Source: Alphaproteobacteria bacterium (lineage in GTDB: Bacteria; Pseudomonadota; Alphaproteobacteria; Sphingomonadales; SMXR01). From it: 53,809 bases of DNA. Shown here in pieces: positions 42,117-52,688 of this stretch. The notes beneath the pieces are model-generated. The model had not been told where the DNA came from. It ran no database searches and was given only the letters and a program-made list of their open reading frames with translations. The position numbers and the translations under genes were made by a program. Each line of letters opens with the position of its first letter. Positions within the stretch are counted from its first letter, which is position 1. The stretch is from contig DAOWAS010000002.1 in NCBI GenBank assembly GCA_030634465.1, forward strand, positions 1 to 53,809, given 5' to 3'.

Positions 42117-43955
42117 TTGTTTGAAGTTACGCAATTTGAACAGGGTGCAGCGGTAAAGATTGATCGTGAAAGGGATAGCCTTCTCACTGATTTTGGTAAA
42201 GAAACGCTCACAGACCGTTATCTGATGCCAGGCGAAAGCTTTCAAGACCTGTTTGCGCGTGTTGCCAGTTATTATGGTGACGATGCTGACCATGCCCAAA
42301 GATTGTATGATTATATTTCAAAGCTTTGGTTTATGCCTGCAACACCGATTTTATCAAACGGTGGCACCAAGCGAGGCTTGCCAATTTCGTGTTTTTTAAA
42401 CGAAGCCAACGACAGTTTGGGCAGTATTGTTGACCTGTGGACAGAAAATGTTTGGTTGGCATCCAAGGGTGGCGGCATTGGCAGTTACTGGGGTAACCTG
42501 CGCTCTATCGGCGAAAAGGTTGGCTCCAACGGCAAAACCTCAGGCATTATTCCTTTCATTCGGGTTATGGACAGCTTAACACTGGCAATTAGCCAAGGCT
42601 CGCTTCGTCGTGGTTCAGCCGCAGTTTATTTGCCAGTTTGGCACCCTGAAATTGAAGAATTTACCGAACTGCGTCGCCCCACAGGTGGGGATCCAAATCG
42701 CAAAACACCAAACTTGCATCATGGGGTTTTAATTACCGATGCATTTATGCGTGCGGTGGAAAATGACGAAGAATGGGCGCTTTTAAGCCCTAAGGATAAG
42801 TCACCAGTTAGAACTATTTCAGCCCGTGGCTTGTGGATCAGGTTGCTGACATCACGGGTGGAAACTGGTGAGCCATATATGGTTTTCTCCGACACCGTAA
42901 ACAGGCAGTTGCCAGAGCATCACAAGCTTGCAGGCCTAACCGTGAAAACATCAAACCTTTGTGCTGAAATTACCTTGCCAACAGGCACTGACCATTTGGG
43001 TAACGAGCGCACCGCAGTTTGCTGCCTGTCTTCGCTAAATCTTGACCATTATATGAGCTGGAAAGAAAACAAGCAGTTCATTCCTGACATTATGCGTTTT
43101 CTTGATAATGTTTTGCAGGACTTTATCGACCGTGCGCCCGACAAAATGCACAAAGCCCGCTATGCCGCCATGCGTGAACGCAGTGTTGGCCTTGGCGTGA
43201 TGGGTTTTCATTCATTTTTGCAAGCCAATAATGTGCCATTTGAAAGTGTTATGGCTAAGGTGTGGAATAAAAATATTTTTGGTCACATTCAAAAAGAAGC
43301 CGACCGTGCTTCGTTTGAATTGGCAGAAGAAAGAGGGCCATGCCCTGATGCCGCCGACTATGGCATGATGGAGCGTTTTTCAAACAAAACGGCCATTGCT
43401 CCCACGGCATCTATTTCAACAATTTGTGGTGGTGCCAGTCCTGGGGTTGAGCCTGTGGCGGCTAACTCATATGTGCAAAAAACATTGTCAGGATCGTTTA
43501 ATGTTCGCAGTCGCTCGTTAGAAAAACTGTTGGATGAAAAGGGTCACAACACTGAAGATGTTTGGAGCTCAATAACCGTAAATGAAGGCTCTATTCAGCA
43601 TTTGGATTTCTTTGACGAGCATGAAAAAGAGGTTTTCAAAACAGCGTTTGAACTAGACCAACGCTGGATTATTGAACTAGGTGCCGACCGCGCACCTATG
43701 GTGTCGCAAGCGCAGTCTATTAACGTGTTTATACCGGCTGATATTCACAAAAAAGACTTGCATCAAATTCATTACCAAGCGTGGAAACAGGGCTTGAAAA
43801 GCTTGTATTATTGCCGTTCAAAATCTATACAACGGGCTGAGGTTGTTAGCCATGCTGAAGGGCCAAGTGCTTCAGCTGCGGCTAATGCTGAACTGCCATT
43901 GGCGGCGCGCCAGCAGGAAGAGGTGGACTATGACGAGTGCCTCTCTTGTCAATAA
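42117..43955 (+). CDS. nrdA: Class I ribonucleotide reductase alpha subunit (short form, no obvious N-terminal ATP-cone)
   Basis: TTG start with AAGGGAG 7 nt upstream. Motifs: FMPATPILSNGG, SCFL, NLCAEI, APTASIS, and a C-terminal redox pair CLSCQ. Confidence 0.92.
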   Translation: MFEVTQFEQGAAVKIDRERDSLLTDFGKETLTDRYLMPGESFQDLFARVASYYGDDADHAQRLYDYISKLWFMPATPILSNGGTKRGLPISCFLNEANDSLGSIVDLWTENVWLASKGGGIGSYWGNLRSIGEKVGSNGKTSGIIPFIRVMDSLTLAISQGSLRRGSAAVYLPVWHPEIEEFTELRRPTGGDPNRKTPNLHHGVLITDAFMRAVENDEEWALLSPKDKSPVRTISARGLWIRLLTSRVETGEPYMVFSDTVNRQLPEHHKLAGLTVKTSNLCAEITLPTGTDHLGNERTAVCCLSSLNLDHYMSWKENKQFIPDIMRFLDNVLQDFIDRAPDKMHKARYAAMRERSVGLGVMGFHSFLQANNVPFESVMAKVWNKNIFGHIQKEADRASFELAEERGPCPDAADYGMMERFSNKTAIAPTASISTICGGASPGVEPVAANSYVQKTLSGSFNVRSRSLEKLLDEKGHNTEDVWSSITVNEGSIQHLDFFDEHEKEVFKTAFELDQRWIIELGADRAPMVSQAQSINVFIPADIHKKDLHQIHYQAWKQGLKSLYYCRSKSIQRAEVVSHAEGPSASAAANAELPLAARQQEEVDYDECLSCQ

Positions 43956-44035
43956 GCGTATAGGCCAATAAGCACATAGGCTAATAAGCGCATAACAGCA
44001 TGCAAATATTTCTAATTACGAATTAAGGTTACCCA

Positions 44036-45019
44036 ATGAGCGAACAAGAACAAAAACAAAAAACGCTATTAGACGAAAACCCAGTTTACAAACCGTTTCG
44101 CTACCCTTGGGCATATGAAGCATGGTTAACCCAACAGCGCATTCACTGGTTGCCAGAAGAAGTGCCATTGGCAGAAGATGTAAAAGACTGGCGTAACAGC
44201 CTAAGCAAGTCAGAACGTAACCTGCTTACACAAATTTTCCGCTTTTTCACCCAGTCTGATATTGAGGTAAACAACTGCTATATGAAGCATTACACGCAGG
44301 TGTTTAAGCCCATCGAAGTGCAAATGATGCTTGCGGCATTTTCTAATATTGAGACCGTGCATATATCGGCTTATTCCCATTTGCTTGATACCTTGGGCAT
44401 GCCAGAAGAAGAATATTCAGCATTTTTCAAATATAAGGAAATGAAGGATAAATACGACTATATGCAACAGTTTGGTGTCAGCACCAAGTTTGACATTGCC
44501 ATGACATTAGCCGTGTTTGGTGCCTTTACCGAAGGTCTGCAACTGTTTGCCAGTTTTGCCATGTTGTTAAACTTTCCGCGCTTTAACAAAATGAAGGGCA
44601 TGGGGCAAATTATCTCATGGTCGGTTCGTGACGAAAGCCTGCACTGCGATAGTATTATCAAGCTGTTTCATACTTTCATTTCAGAAAACCCTGAGGTGTG
44701 GAGTGATGAATTGCAAAGAGAGCTGTATAAAGCGTGCGAAACCATTGTTTTGCACGAAGACAGCTTTATCGACTTGGCATTTGAACTGGGCCCTGTGCAG
44801 GGCTTAGAGGCATCAGAGGTGAAGCAATATATTCGCTACATCGCTGACAGGCGTTTGCAACAACTAGGCCTGAAAGCAATTTATAATGTTAAAGAAAACC
44901 CGCTATCATGGTTGGATACTATGCTTAATGCGGTGGAGCATACAAATTTCTTTGAAAACAGGTCTACAGAATATTCCAAAGCCGCAACCCAAGGCACTTG
45001 GGACGACGTTTTTGACTAG
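44036..45019 (+). CDS. nrdB: Ribonucleotide reductase beta subunit
   Basis: Diiron/radical-site pattern: IEVNNCY...NIETVHISAYSHLL...AFTEGLQLFASF...VRDESLHCD. C-terminal ...TWDDVFD. Confidence 0.92.
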   Translation: MSEQEQKQKTLLDENPVYKPFRYPWAYEAWLTQQRIHWLPEEVPLAEDVKDWRNSLSKSERNLLTQIFRFFTQSDIEVNNCYMKHYTQVFKPIEVQMMLAAFSNIETVHISAYSHLLDTLGMPEEEYSAFFKYKEMKDKYDYMQQFGVSTKFDIAMTLAVFGAFTEGLQLFASFAMLLNFPRFNKMKGMGQIISWSVRDESLHCDSIIKLFHTFISENPEVWSDELQRELYKACETIVLHEDSFIDLAFELGPVQGLEASEVKQYIRYIADRRLQQLGLKAIYNVKENPLSWLDTMLNAVEHTNFFENRSTEYSKAATQGTWDDVFD

Positions 45020-45030
45020 GAGATTGGCTA

Positions 45031-45486
45031 ATGTCTTATTTGCTAAAAACTATTGTTTTGTTATTTTTGTTGGTAACCCCTGCAAAGGCTGATGAAAGTT
45101 TTACCCAGATAAGCAGCCCTTATTCTGTATCTGAAACCATGCAACGGCTGATAACCGTGGTTGAGGCACGGGGAATTAAAGCTTTTCTTCATATGGATCA
45201 CGGCCTTAATGCCCAAAACATTGGGCAAAGCTTGCGCCCAACCGAAGTGCTGATGTTTGGCTCGCCAGTTATTGGCGCACCGTTAATGCGGGAAAATCAG
45301 CAAATTGCCATTGATCTGCCCATGAAGGTTTTGGTCTATGAAAATGATCAGGGGCAGGTAGTTCTTTATTATACCAACCCTGCCATGTTGGCACAAAAAT
45401 GGGGTATAGCCGCTGACCACCCGTCAATTCAGAAGATGACAAGGGGCTTAGCTGGTATGACAAGGCAGGCAGTAGCAACAGAATAA
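45031..45486 (+). CDS. DUF302-domain protein with signal peptide
   Basis: 151 aa. ...MDHGLNAQNIGQSLRPTEVLMFGSPVIGAPLM...IAIDLPMKVLVYENDQGQVVLYYTNP. Confidence 0.65.
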   Translation: MSYLLKTIVLLFLLVTPAKADESFTQISSPYSVSETMQRLITVVEARGIKAFLHMDHGLNAQNIGQSLRPTEVLMFGSPVIGAPLMRENQQIAIDLPMKVLVYENDQGQVVLYYTNPAMLAQKWGIAADHPSIQKMTRGLAGMTRQAVATE

Positions 45487-45502
45487 CAGAATAGTTGAGT
45501 TG

Positions 45503-46108
45503 TTATTCTTTTATAATGCCAAGGCTAATGCCATATTTTTCATAATGTTTGTTGCCGATGTGCTTTTCATTAAGGGCGGCGCGTTTTTCTAGCGGGCGCT
45601 TGCGCACGGAAGCCAGTTTTGCCGCATATTCTTCATGAAAAGGGTCAATTCCCGAACCCATAATAATACGGTTCATAAAGTTAAAAATTGCGGTTACGGC
45701 AACAATGTCATGCAGGGCTTCTTCATTCCACCCAGCATTAAAAATGGCATCAGCGTCATCCTGTGTCAGGCTCTTTGGCTCTAAGGTTAGCTTTTTCACA
45801 TAGCTTAAAACAGGCTTCATATTATCAGGAATGTTTGCTGAATTTACATCATCCAACAAGCCGTCAAAGGCGCTTTGGTCAATGCCATATGTTTCAGCAT
45901 AAAGGGTGTGGGCATTGTAACAAAATTCGCATTTGTTCAAGCCTGAAACAAAAGCAGATATTAGCTCACGCTCAGCAATGCTAAGGGGCGAGGGGTCGCG
46001 CAAAATAGCATCGTGATATTTAAGTAATTCCTCAACGCCCTTTTCAGGCCACGCTTTCAAAACATCAGATAAATTTGTTTTATCAGGTAAGCTTGGAAAA
46101 AAACCCAC
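45503..46108 (-). CDS. Carboxymuconolactone-decarboxylase/AhpD-like peroxidase-related protein
   Basis: 201 aa. CEFCYNAH (CxxC-H) sits in an all-helical context: ERELISAFVSGLNKCEFCYNAHT. Confidence 0.65.
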   Translation of the reverse strand: MGFFPSLPDKTNLSDVLKAWPEKGVEELLKYHDAILRDPSPLSIAERELISAFVSGLNKCEFCYNAHTLYAETYGIDQSAFDGLLDDVNSANIPDNMKPVLSYVKKLTLEPKSLTQDDADAIFNAGWNEEALHDIVAVTAIFNFMNRIIMGSGIDPFHEEYAAKLASVRKRPLEKRAALNEKHIGNKHYEKYGISLGIIKE

Positions 46109-46164
46109 TTTTATCTCCCCACTAAATGTTAAAAAATTACTGGCTGTGTTTAACTTTTATGCAG

Positions 46165-48858
46165 TTACAGGCGGCCATGACAATGTTTGAACTTTTTACC
46201 AGAACCACAAAGACAAATGCTGTTTCTTGGTACTTTGCCCCAAGTGTTCGGATCTTCAGGGTTTATACCGCCCATAGCAGCAGGAGAGCCTGCAACAGGT
46301 GCCATTTCGTTCTCGCCTGTAATTGGGTCAAGGTGCTTTGCAACCATTTCTGGTGCCTCAGGTGTTAAATTTTGCGGTGGTTGTTCAACGCTAATTTCAA
46401 TGTGGCTTAACAGTTGAGAAACATTTTCACGTGCCTTAACCAACAGATTTTCAAACATTGAAAAGGCTTCTGTTTTATATTCGTTAAGGGGGTCACGCTG
46501 ACCGTAAGCACGTAATGTTATCACTGCTCTTAAATGTTCCAGCGAAGAAAGGTGCTCTTTCCAGTCTTGGTCAACTGTTTGTAATAGAAGGCTTTTTTCA
46601 ACCCTTTGCCACAGTTCAATGCCGTAAGTTTCTGTCTTTTTAGCCGTGTATTCATCAACCAGATCGATAATACGGTCGGTAATAATACTTTCTTCAACGC
46701 CCTCTTCTTTGGCCCATTCCTCTAACGGTGGTGAAATGTTAAATAGTTTTTTCACCTCAACACTCAGGCCACTAATATCCCACTGGTCGGGGAAAGTTTT
46801 AGGCGGAACGTGTGCCATAACAACATCTTCAACAGTTTGGTGGCGCATGTCTGTAACTGTTTCTGTCACTTCATCCGCAACCATAATTTCACGACGCTGG
46901 TCATAAATAGCACGGCGTTGGTTGTTCATTACATCGTCATATTTCAGCAAGTTTTTGCGAATGTCATAGTTGCGCGCTTCAACTTTTTGCTGAGCTTTTT
47001 CAATGGCTTTATTTATCCACGGGTGGATAATCGCTTCGCCTTCTTCCAAGCCCATTTTCACTAGCATGCCGTCCATACGCTCAGGCCCGAAAATACGCAT
47101 CAGGTCATCTTGAAGCGAAAGGTAAAACTTAGAACGCCCGGGGTCGCCTTGGCGACCAGAACGTCCACGCAACTGGTTATCAATACGGCGGCTTTCATGA
47201 CGCTCGGTACCAATTACATAAAGCCCGCCTGCGTCTAGAACTTTTGCTTTGTTTTCATCAATTTCTTTTTCAATTTTTGCAATTGCTTTGTCACGCTTGT
47301 CGCCTTCTTCCATGTCGCCCAGTTCTTCGGAAATTCGCATATCCAAATTGCCGCCAAGCTGAATGTCAGTTCCGCGACCAGCCATGTTGGTGGCAATAGT
47401 AATGGCACCCGGGATGCCTGCTTGGGAAATTATGCTGGCTTCTTGTTCATGGTAGCGGGCGTTCAAAACCTTGTGCTTAATTTTTGCTTTTTTCAGGGCA
47501 TCGGACAGCTCTTCAGATTTTTCAATGGAAACTGTGCCCACTAATACTGGTTGTCCAAGCTCTTTACTGACCTTTAATTCTTCAATAATGGCGTTATGTT
47601 TTTCTGCGGCGGTGCGGTAAAATTCGTCATGATCATCCAAGCGGTTAACATCAACATTGGTTGGAATTTCAATAACGTCCAGACCATAAATTTCAGCAAA
47701 CTCTTGTGCTTCTGTCAGCGCAGTACCAGTCATGCCAGAAAGTTTTGGATACATGCGGAAATAGTTTTGAAATGTAATGGATGCCAAGGTTTGATTTTCA
47801 GGCTGGATATCAGCATTTTCTTTGGCTTCAATACTTTGGTGCAAGCCATCAGAGTAACGACGACCTTCCATCATGCGGCCAGTAAACTCGTCAATAATAA
47901 CAACCTTGTTGTCTTTAACGATATAATCTTTATCACGCTCAAAAACAAAACAAGCCTTCATGGCTTGGTTAATGTGGTGAACAATGGTGGTGTTCTCAAA
48001 ATCGTAAAGGCTCTCACCTTCCATCAATTGCGCTGTGGTAAGCAGGTCTTCCACATGCTCAATGCCGTCTTCGGTTAAGGTTACCGCACGAGATTTTTCG
48101 TCCTTTTCATAATGGTCTTCGCTTAGTTGGCGTACTATGCGGTTTATGGTCACATAAAGGTCGGTTTTATCTTCGGTAGGGCCTGAGATAATTAGCGGTG
48201 TGCGCGCTTCATCAATAAGAATACTGTCAACCTCATCGACAATGGCAAAGTTAAATGGGCGTTGCACCATTTCTTCTAAGGCAAATTTCATATTATCGCG
48301 CAAATAGTCAAAGCCAAACTCGTTGTTTGTACCATATGTAATGTCGGCTTTGTAGGCGGCGTGGCGCTCAGCATCGCTAAGACCGTGGCAAACAGTGCCA
48401 ACCTCTAGCCCTAAAAAGTTATAAACCTGGCTCATCCATTGGGCATCGCGGGTGGCTAGATAATCGTTTACGGTTACCACATGCACACCTTCACCAGATA
48501 TTGCATTGGTATAGGCCGCTAGCGTGGCAACCAAGGTTTTACCCTCACCAGTTTTCATTTCAGCAATGTCGCCATTGTGCAAAACAATACCGCCAATAAG
48601 CTGCACATCGAAATGACGTTGACCTAACGTGCGTTTGGCGGCTTCACGAACGGCAGCAAACGTTTCAGGCAACATGTCGTCTAGTTTTTCACCGTTTGAC
48701 AGGCGCTCTTTAAACTCTTTGGTTTTTTCTTTAAGCGCGGCATCGTCCAACGCTTCGAACTGTGGTTCAAGCTGGTTAATAGTATCCACAGTTTTTTGGT
48801 AGCGTTTAATCAAACGATCATTAGCTGTGCCAAACAGTTTTTTTGCCAAACCTAGCAT
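46165..48858 (-). CDS. secA: Preprotein translocase ATPase SecA
   Basis: [42 protein letters not shown], and the C-terminal zinc site [14 protein letters not shown]. 897 aa. Confidence 0.95.
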   Translation of the reverse strand: MLGLAKKLFGTANDRLIKRYQKTVDTINQLEPQFEALDDAALKEKTKEFKERLSNGEKLDDMLPETFAAVREAAKRTLGQRHFDVQLIGGIVLHNGDIAEMKTGEGKTLVATLAAYTNAISGEGVHVVTVNDYLATRDAQWMSQVYNFLGLEVGTVCHGLSDAERHAAYKADITYGTNNEFGFDYLRDNMKFALEEMVQRPFNFAIVDEVDSILIDEARTPLIISGPTEDKTDLYVTINRIVRQLSEDHYEKDEKSRAVTLTEDGIEHVEDLLTTAQLMEGESLYDFENTTIVHHINQAMKACFVFERDKDYIVKDNKVVIIDEFTGRMMEGRRYSDGLHQSIEAKENADIQPENQTLASITFQNYFRMYPKLSGMTGTALTEAQEFAEIYGLDVIEIPTNVDVNRLDDHDEFYRTAAEKHNAIIEELKVSKELGQPVLVGTVSIEKSEELSDALKKAKIKHKVLNARYHEQEASIISQAGIPGAITIATNMAGRGTDIQLGGNLDMRISEELGDMEEGDKRDKAIAKIEKEIDENKAKVLDAGGLYVIGTERHESRRIDNQLRGRSGRQGDPGRSKFYLSLQDDLMRIFGPERMDGMLVKMGLEEGEAIIHPWINKAIEKAQQKVEARNYDIRKNLLKYDDVMNNQRRAIYDQRREIMVADEVTETVTDMRHQTVEDVVMAHVPPKTFPDQWDISGLSVEVKKLFNISPPLEEWAKEEGVEESIITDRIIDLVDEYTAKKTETYGIELWQRVEKSLLLQTVDQDWKEHLSSLEHLRAVITLRAYGQRDPLNEYKTEAFSMFENLLVKARENVSQLLSHIEISVEQPPQNLTPEAPEMVAKHLDPITGENEMAPVAGSPAAMGGINPEDPNTWGKVPRNSICLCGSGKKFKHCHGRL

Positions 48859-49226
48859 CTTGTATCCTTAAGCCATTGCCGCTTTTGCAGCTTTGAAAAT
48901 TATTACATTTATAGTTTTGGGCTTACCCCTTGAGGGAGAGATAAGCGCACTAAGCCCTACTGTCAACTAGGCTCACACCATTGTGTGGCTGTTTTTTTAA
49001 TTACCCCGCCTATTCCTTCGCGGCAAAAAGCGTAACTTGCGGCTTTTATGGGCAGGAAAAAACTACCATGCGGCATATTTTTCATTCTGTAAATACTCAC
49101 GGCGCTTCATTTTTATTATTAAAAAACAATGACTTATGGATTTTTATTCGTTGGCACGAAAATTGTATGTCTAGGGCTGAGGATAAAAATAGAAACCCGC
49201 AAGTATAAATATAGAAAGGGTACGTT

Positions 49227-49514
49227 ATGCCATTAGAAAATATCAGCAAACATCTGTCATTTATGAGAGATCTGGATTATGCCTTGGATGAGGCATTGAC
49301 CGAATATAAAGATGGCTCAGAAGAAGAGTTAAACGAGCTACGTCATATGAAACGTGAGGTTCTTCAAGCTCGCCGTTCTATGTTTATTTTTATTGAAAAA
49401 CGTCGTTTGGCTCAGCTTAAAGAAACAAAGCGTTTAGATAAAATTTTCCAAGACGGTTTGGGTAACGGATTAGACAGCTCTCTTTTAAAACCAGAAAGCG
49501 CACTGTCTGCATAA
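49227..49514 (+). CDS. Hypothetical small helical protein
   Basis: 95 aa with AAAGGG 6 nt upstream. Charged and helical in composition; no family recognised. Confidence 0.45.
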   Translation: MPLENISKHLSFMRDLDYALDEALTEYKDGSEEELNELRHMKREVLQARRSMFIFIEKRRLAQLKETKRLDKIFQDGLGNGLDSSLLKPESALSA

Positions 49515-49579
49515 TCCTTGGCTGCATAATTTTAGCGAGAATGTTTGATTGCAACTATCTGGTATGTTAGTGCAATTAA

Positions 49580-50020
49580 ATGGAAAACTGTCCAAATAGC
49601 GTAGTTGATTTAGAGCGTAACCTGCCCACTTTGTTAGTGGCGGCGGTTGCGCTTGTTGATCTTGATAACAACGTGCTTTTAACCCAGCGTCCAAAAGGCA
49701 AAAGCATGGCTGGCCTGTGGGAGTTTCCCGGTGGCAAGGTCGAGGATGGCGAAATGGTTGAGGCCGCGCTTATCCGTGAAATTAAAGAAGAGCTGGATAT
49801 TGATGTCGGCGTTGGTTGTTTGCAGCCATTTTCTTTTGCCTCACATTCCTACGATGACTTTCATTTGTTTATGCCGCTTTATTTATGCCGAAAATGGAAC
49901 GGGCAGATAAAACCAATGGAGGGGCAACAGACAGCTTGGGTCAAACCCAACAGGTTGCGCACATATGAAATGCCCCCTGCTGATGTTGGCATTGCCAGTA
50001 TGTTGCGCGATTTTTTATAA
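49580..50020 (+). CDS. mutT: NUDIX hydrolase, MutT-like 8-oxo-dGTP diphosphatase
   Basis: The Nudix box is GLWEFPGGKVEDGEMVEAALIREIKEELDI. It is adjacent to secA, as in many proteobacteria. Confidence 0.8.
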   Translation: MENCPNSVVDLERNLPTLLVAAVALVDLDNNVLLTQRPKGKSMAGLWEFPGGKVEDGEMVEAALIREIKEELDIDVGVGCLQPFSFASHSYDDFHLFMPLYLCRKWNGQIKPMEGQQTAWVKPNRLRTYEMPPADVGIASMLRDFL

Positions 50021-50021
50021 A

Positions 50022-50870
50022 TTATTCAGGTTTTTTAAGAACATCACCCAAGTTTACTTTGGCCGCACCGGGTTTTAGTGGTTGAGGTTGGCTTTCGTGT
50101 GGTGACCACCCTGTTAGAAACACCACATCAAAGGTGGCGCAAATTCCCATACCATCATCATGGGGGAATTTTTTTTCATAAATTTCTTGGGTTTTAGCCA
50201 TCACATCACGGCGAAGGGTGCTTGGTCTTTGCAGCAGGGCGTTACCTTCACCCATATATCTAAGGTCGTGCATCAGGCTAGTTACGTTTTTATAGCGCAC
50301 TGTTATTCTATCAACATCAACAAGCGGCAGGGCAAAGCCAGAGCGCATCATCAAACCACCAATATCGCGCACATCTGCCATGGGCGAGGTGCGCATCATG
50401 GCTTTATCGGTTAGCTCAACCTCAGCCTCCATAAGGGAGGATTTAAGTTCAAAAAGGGTGTCGCCACCAAACATGCTAGCAACAAACAAACCGTCGGGTC
50501 TTAATGCCCGCTTTATTTGAATAAGCACCCCTGCAAGGTCATTTGCCCAATGTAGCTGAAGGTTGCTGGTTATAAGGTCAAGCTGATTTGGCTTTAGCAA
50601 CAGGTTTTCATTCTCAGCCTGCGGGTGGTGTTTTGCTACGTTGTGGGGAAAGCCCATGTGTAGGGGCGAGTTAAACTTTTTAGTAATTTCCTCAAGCCGT
50701 TCTTCCAGACGCGACTGAACCTCAGCAAATAAAAAATCATGGCTGGCAAGCTTTGCCTGCGCACGCCTTCTGTTGGCCGCTAGTGCCGTGTGGCTAAACA
50801 CAACAGGTGCTTGATTGTTATTTTGTCTTTCCATCAGGTTTCTATGACATTTTTTAAGGGCAGAGGCCAT
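50022..50870 (-). CDS. Class I methyltransferase-fold protein (NDUFAF5-like family of alphaproteobacteria), motif I not recognisable
   Basis: LDLITSNLQLHWANDLAGVLIQIKRALRPDGLFVASMFGGDTLFEL is the post-I/II/III region of this family. No GxGxG-type SAM loop is visible upstream of it. Confidence 0.6.
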   Translation of the reverse strand: MASALKKCHRNLMERQNNNQAPVVFSHTALAANRRRAQAKLASHDFLFAEVQSRLEERLEEITKKFNSPLHMGFPHNVAKHHPQAENENLLLKPNQLDLITSNLQLHWANDLAGVLIQIKRALRPDGLFVASMFGGDTLFELKSSLMEAEVELTDKAMMRTSPMADVRDIGGLMMRSGFALPLVDVDRITVRYKNVTSLMHDLRYMGEGNALLQRPSTLRRDVMAKTQEIYEKKFPHDDGMGICATFDVVFLTGWSPHESQPQPLKPGAAKVNLGDVLKKPE

Positions 50871-50972
50871 TCTTTAAATACATATAAAAGCCATTGTCCT
50901 TGGTTGTTGGTTTTTTTTACCTTACTCTGGTTATGAGTATTTGTGGGGTGTGCCATGCTTTGTGGGGTGTAA

Positions 50973-51728
50973 GTGAATAGTTTGGTTAAAAGTGTAGCGT
51001 TGCTTGGTCGAGGGGTGGTTGATAGTGTTTTGCCACCACGCTGTTTTTCGTGCGGGGTTTTGGTTGCCTCCCACGGTGACATGTGCCCCAAGTGCTGGAC
51101 AGGGTTAAGCTTTATTTCAAAACCCCAGTGCGAGTGCTGTGGTTTTCCTTTTGAGTTTTCATCACAAGAAGAGGGCGAGGCGGGTCAACTGTGCGGTGCT
51201 TGTATGGAAACCACACCGCCATTTATTAATGCAAGATCAGTTTTCAGGTATGATGATGCCTCAAAACGCTTGATATTGGCTCTTAAATATTTTGACAAAT
51301 TAGAGGGGGTGGAACCTTTTGCCAAGCTTATGTGGCGCACTATTAAACCATTTGCGGCCGAGGATGCAATTATAGTCCCTGTGCCATTGCACCGACGACG
51401 GCTTTTTCAACGGCGATTTAACCAAAGCGCCTTGCTAACCAAAGCCATGAGCAAATATTCAGGCTTAGACATGGATATGCTTAGTTTGCTAAGGATAAAA
51501 CCCACTGCCAGCCAAGGTGGGCTAAGCCGTAAATTGCGTGCTGAAAACGTGCGCAGTGCATTTGCAATTGCTGAAACTGGTAAAAATAAGCTAAAAGGCA
51601 GGTCTGTTGTTTTGGTGGACGATGTTCACACCACTGGGGCAACTGTTAACGAGTGTGTGCGTATTTTACTAAAGGGCGGTGTAACCTCGGTTGCAGTTAT
51701 TAGTCTGGCAAGGGTTGTCAGCAGGTAA
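50973..51728 (+). CDS. comF: ComF-family protein (PRTase fold)
   Basis: GTG start. The N-terminal Cys pairs are CFSCG...CPKCW and CECCG...CGAC. The C-terminal PRPP motif is VVLVDDVHTTGATVNEC. Confidence 0.8.
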   Translation: MNSLVKSVALLGRGVVDSVLPPRCFSCGVLVASHGDMCPKCWTGLSFISKPQCECCGFPFEFSSQEEGEAGQLCGACMETTPPFINARSVFRYDDASKRLILALKYFDKLEGVEPFAKLMWRTIKPFAAEDAIIVPVPLHRRRLFQRRFNQSALLTKAMSKYSGLDMDMLSLLRIKPTASQGGLSRKLRAENVRSAFAIAETGKNKLKGRSVVLVDDVHTTGATVNECVRILLKGGVTSVAVISLARVVSR

Positions 51729-51775
51729 TAAGTATATATATAGCTGATATGAAGATTTAAAATTGAGAAAACTAA

Positions 51776-52036
51776 ATGCCTAAAGTAGAAATTTATACTG
51801 GTATGATGTGTGGCTTTTGCCACCGCGCCAAAGAACTGCTGAAGAAAAAAAATGTTTCCTTCAAGGAAATAAATATTAGCATGAGCGGGAAACTTCGTCA
51901 GGAGATGATGTCACGCAGTGGTGGTGGTTACACCGTGCCGCAAATATTTATTGACGACATGCATGTTGGTGGTTGTGATGAGCTTTATGCTATGGACAGG
52001 CAGGGTAAGCTAGACCAACTGTTAAATATAGAGTAA
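51776..52036 (+). CDS. grxC: Glutaredoxin 3
   Basis: VEIYTGMMCGFCHRAKELL...TVPQIFIDDMHVGGCDEL. Confidence 0.9.
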   Translation: MPKVEIYTGMMCGFCHRAKELLKKKNVSFKEINISMSGKLRQEMMSRSGGGYTVPQIFIDDMHVGGCDELYAMDRQGKLDQLLNIE

Positions 52037-52120
52037 CAAGCATTGCTTGAAGGTGTTTAAAAACAGCCTACATGCTAATATATAATAAAAAGACCAATAT
52101 AGAAAAATAAGAAAAACACT

Positions 52121-52669
52121 ATGATTGTATTCGATTTAAATTGCCCCGGTGGGCACCAGTTCGAGGTTTGGTTCAGATCCAGCAAGGATTTTGAAGACCA
52201 AACTGCTCGTCATGAGGTGTTCTGCCCCATTTGCGGTGATAGCAATGTGAAAAAAGCAATAATGGCACCTAATGTTGGGGTTAAGGCAAATCAAAAAACC
52301 AACAAGCCAACAGGCAAGTCTTCACACAATATAGATCAAGATATTGATGAGATTCTGGACGAACTTAACGACAGCGATATCGTTGGAGAGTTTGTCGACC
52401 AATATAGCGTTGGGCTTTCTTCATTGCCAAAAGAACTGCAGGACGAGCTGGAAACGGTTTTGGTAAAAGTGCAGAAGCATGTGGAAAAAAACAGTGAATA
52501 TGTTGGTGACGACTTTGCCGAGGAAGCACGGCGTATTCATTATGGTGAAAGCGAAGGCCGCAGTATTTATGGTGAGGCCACTGAGGCAGAATCAGAAGAG
52601 CTGTTGGATGAGGGCATTGACCTTGTTCCCCTGCCATTAGTTCGCAAGCCCGGCCCCACTGACGCTTAG
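52121..52669 (+). CDS. DUF1178-family zinc-ribbon protein
   Basis: MIVFDLNCPGGHQFEVWFRSS.DFE.Q......FCPICGDSNVKKAIMAP is the characteristic N-terminus. Confidence 0.7.
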   Translation: MIVFDLNCPGGHQFEVWFRSSKDFEDQTARHEVFCPICGDSNVKKAIMAPNVGVKANQKTNKPTGKSSHNIDQDIDEILDELNDSDIVGEFVDQYSVGLSSLPKELQDELETVLVKVQKHVEKNSEYVGDDFAEEARRIHYGESEGRSIYGEATEAESEELLDEGIDLVPLPLVRKPGPTDA

Positions 52670-52688
52670 CACCCTAACTTGCGGTGGC

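Noticed and set aside
46187-48078. Plus-strand ORFs inside secA (for example 47596-48078, 160 aa).
   Set aside because: They are antisense to an unambiguous secA reading frame.
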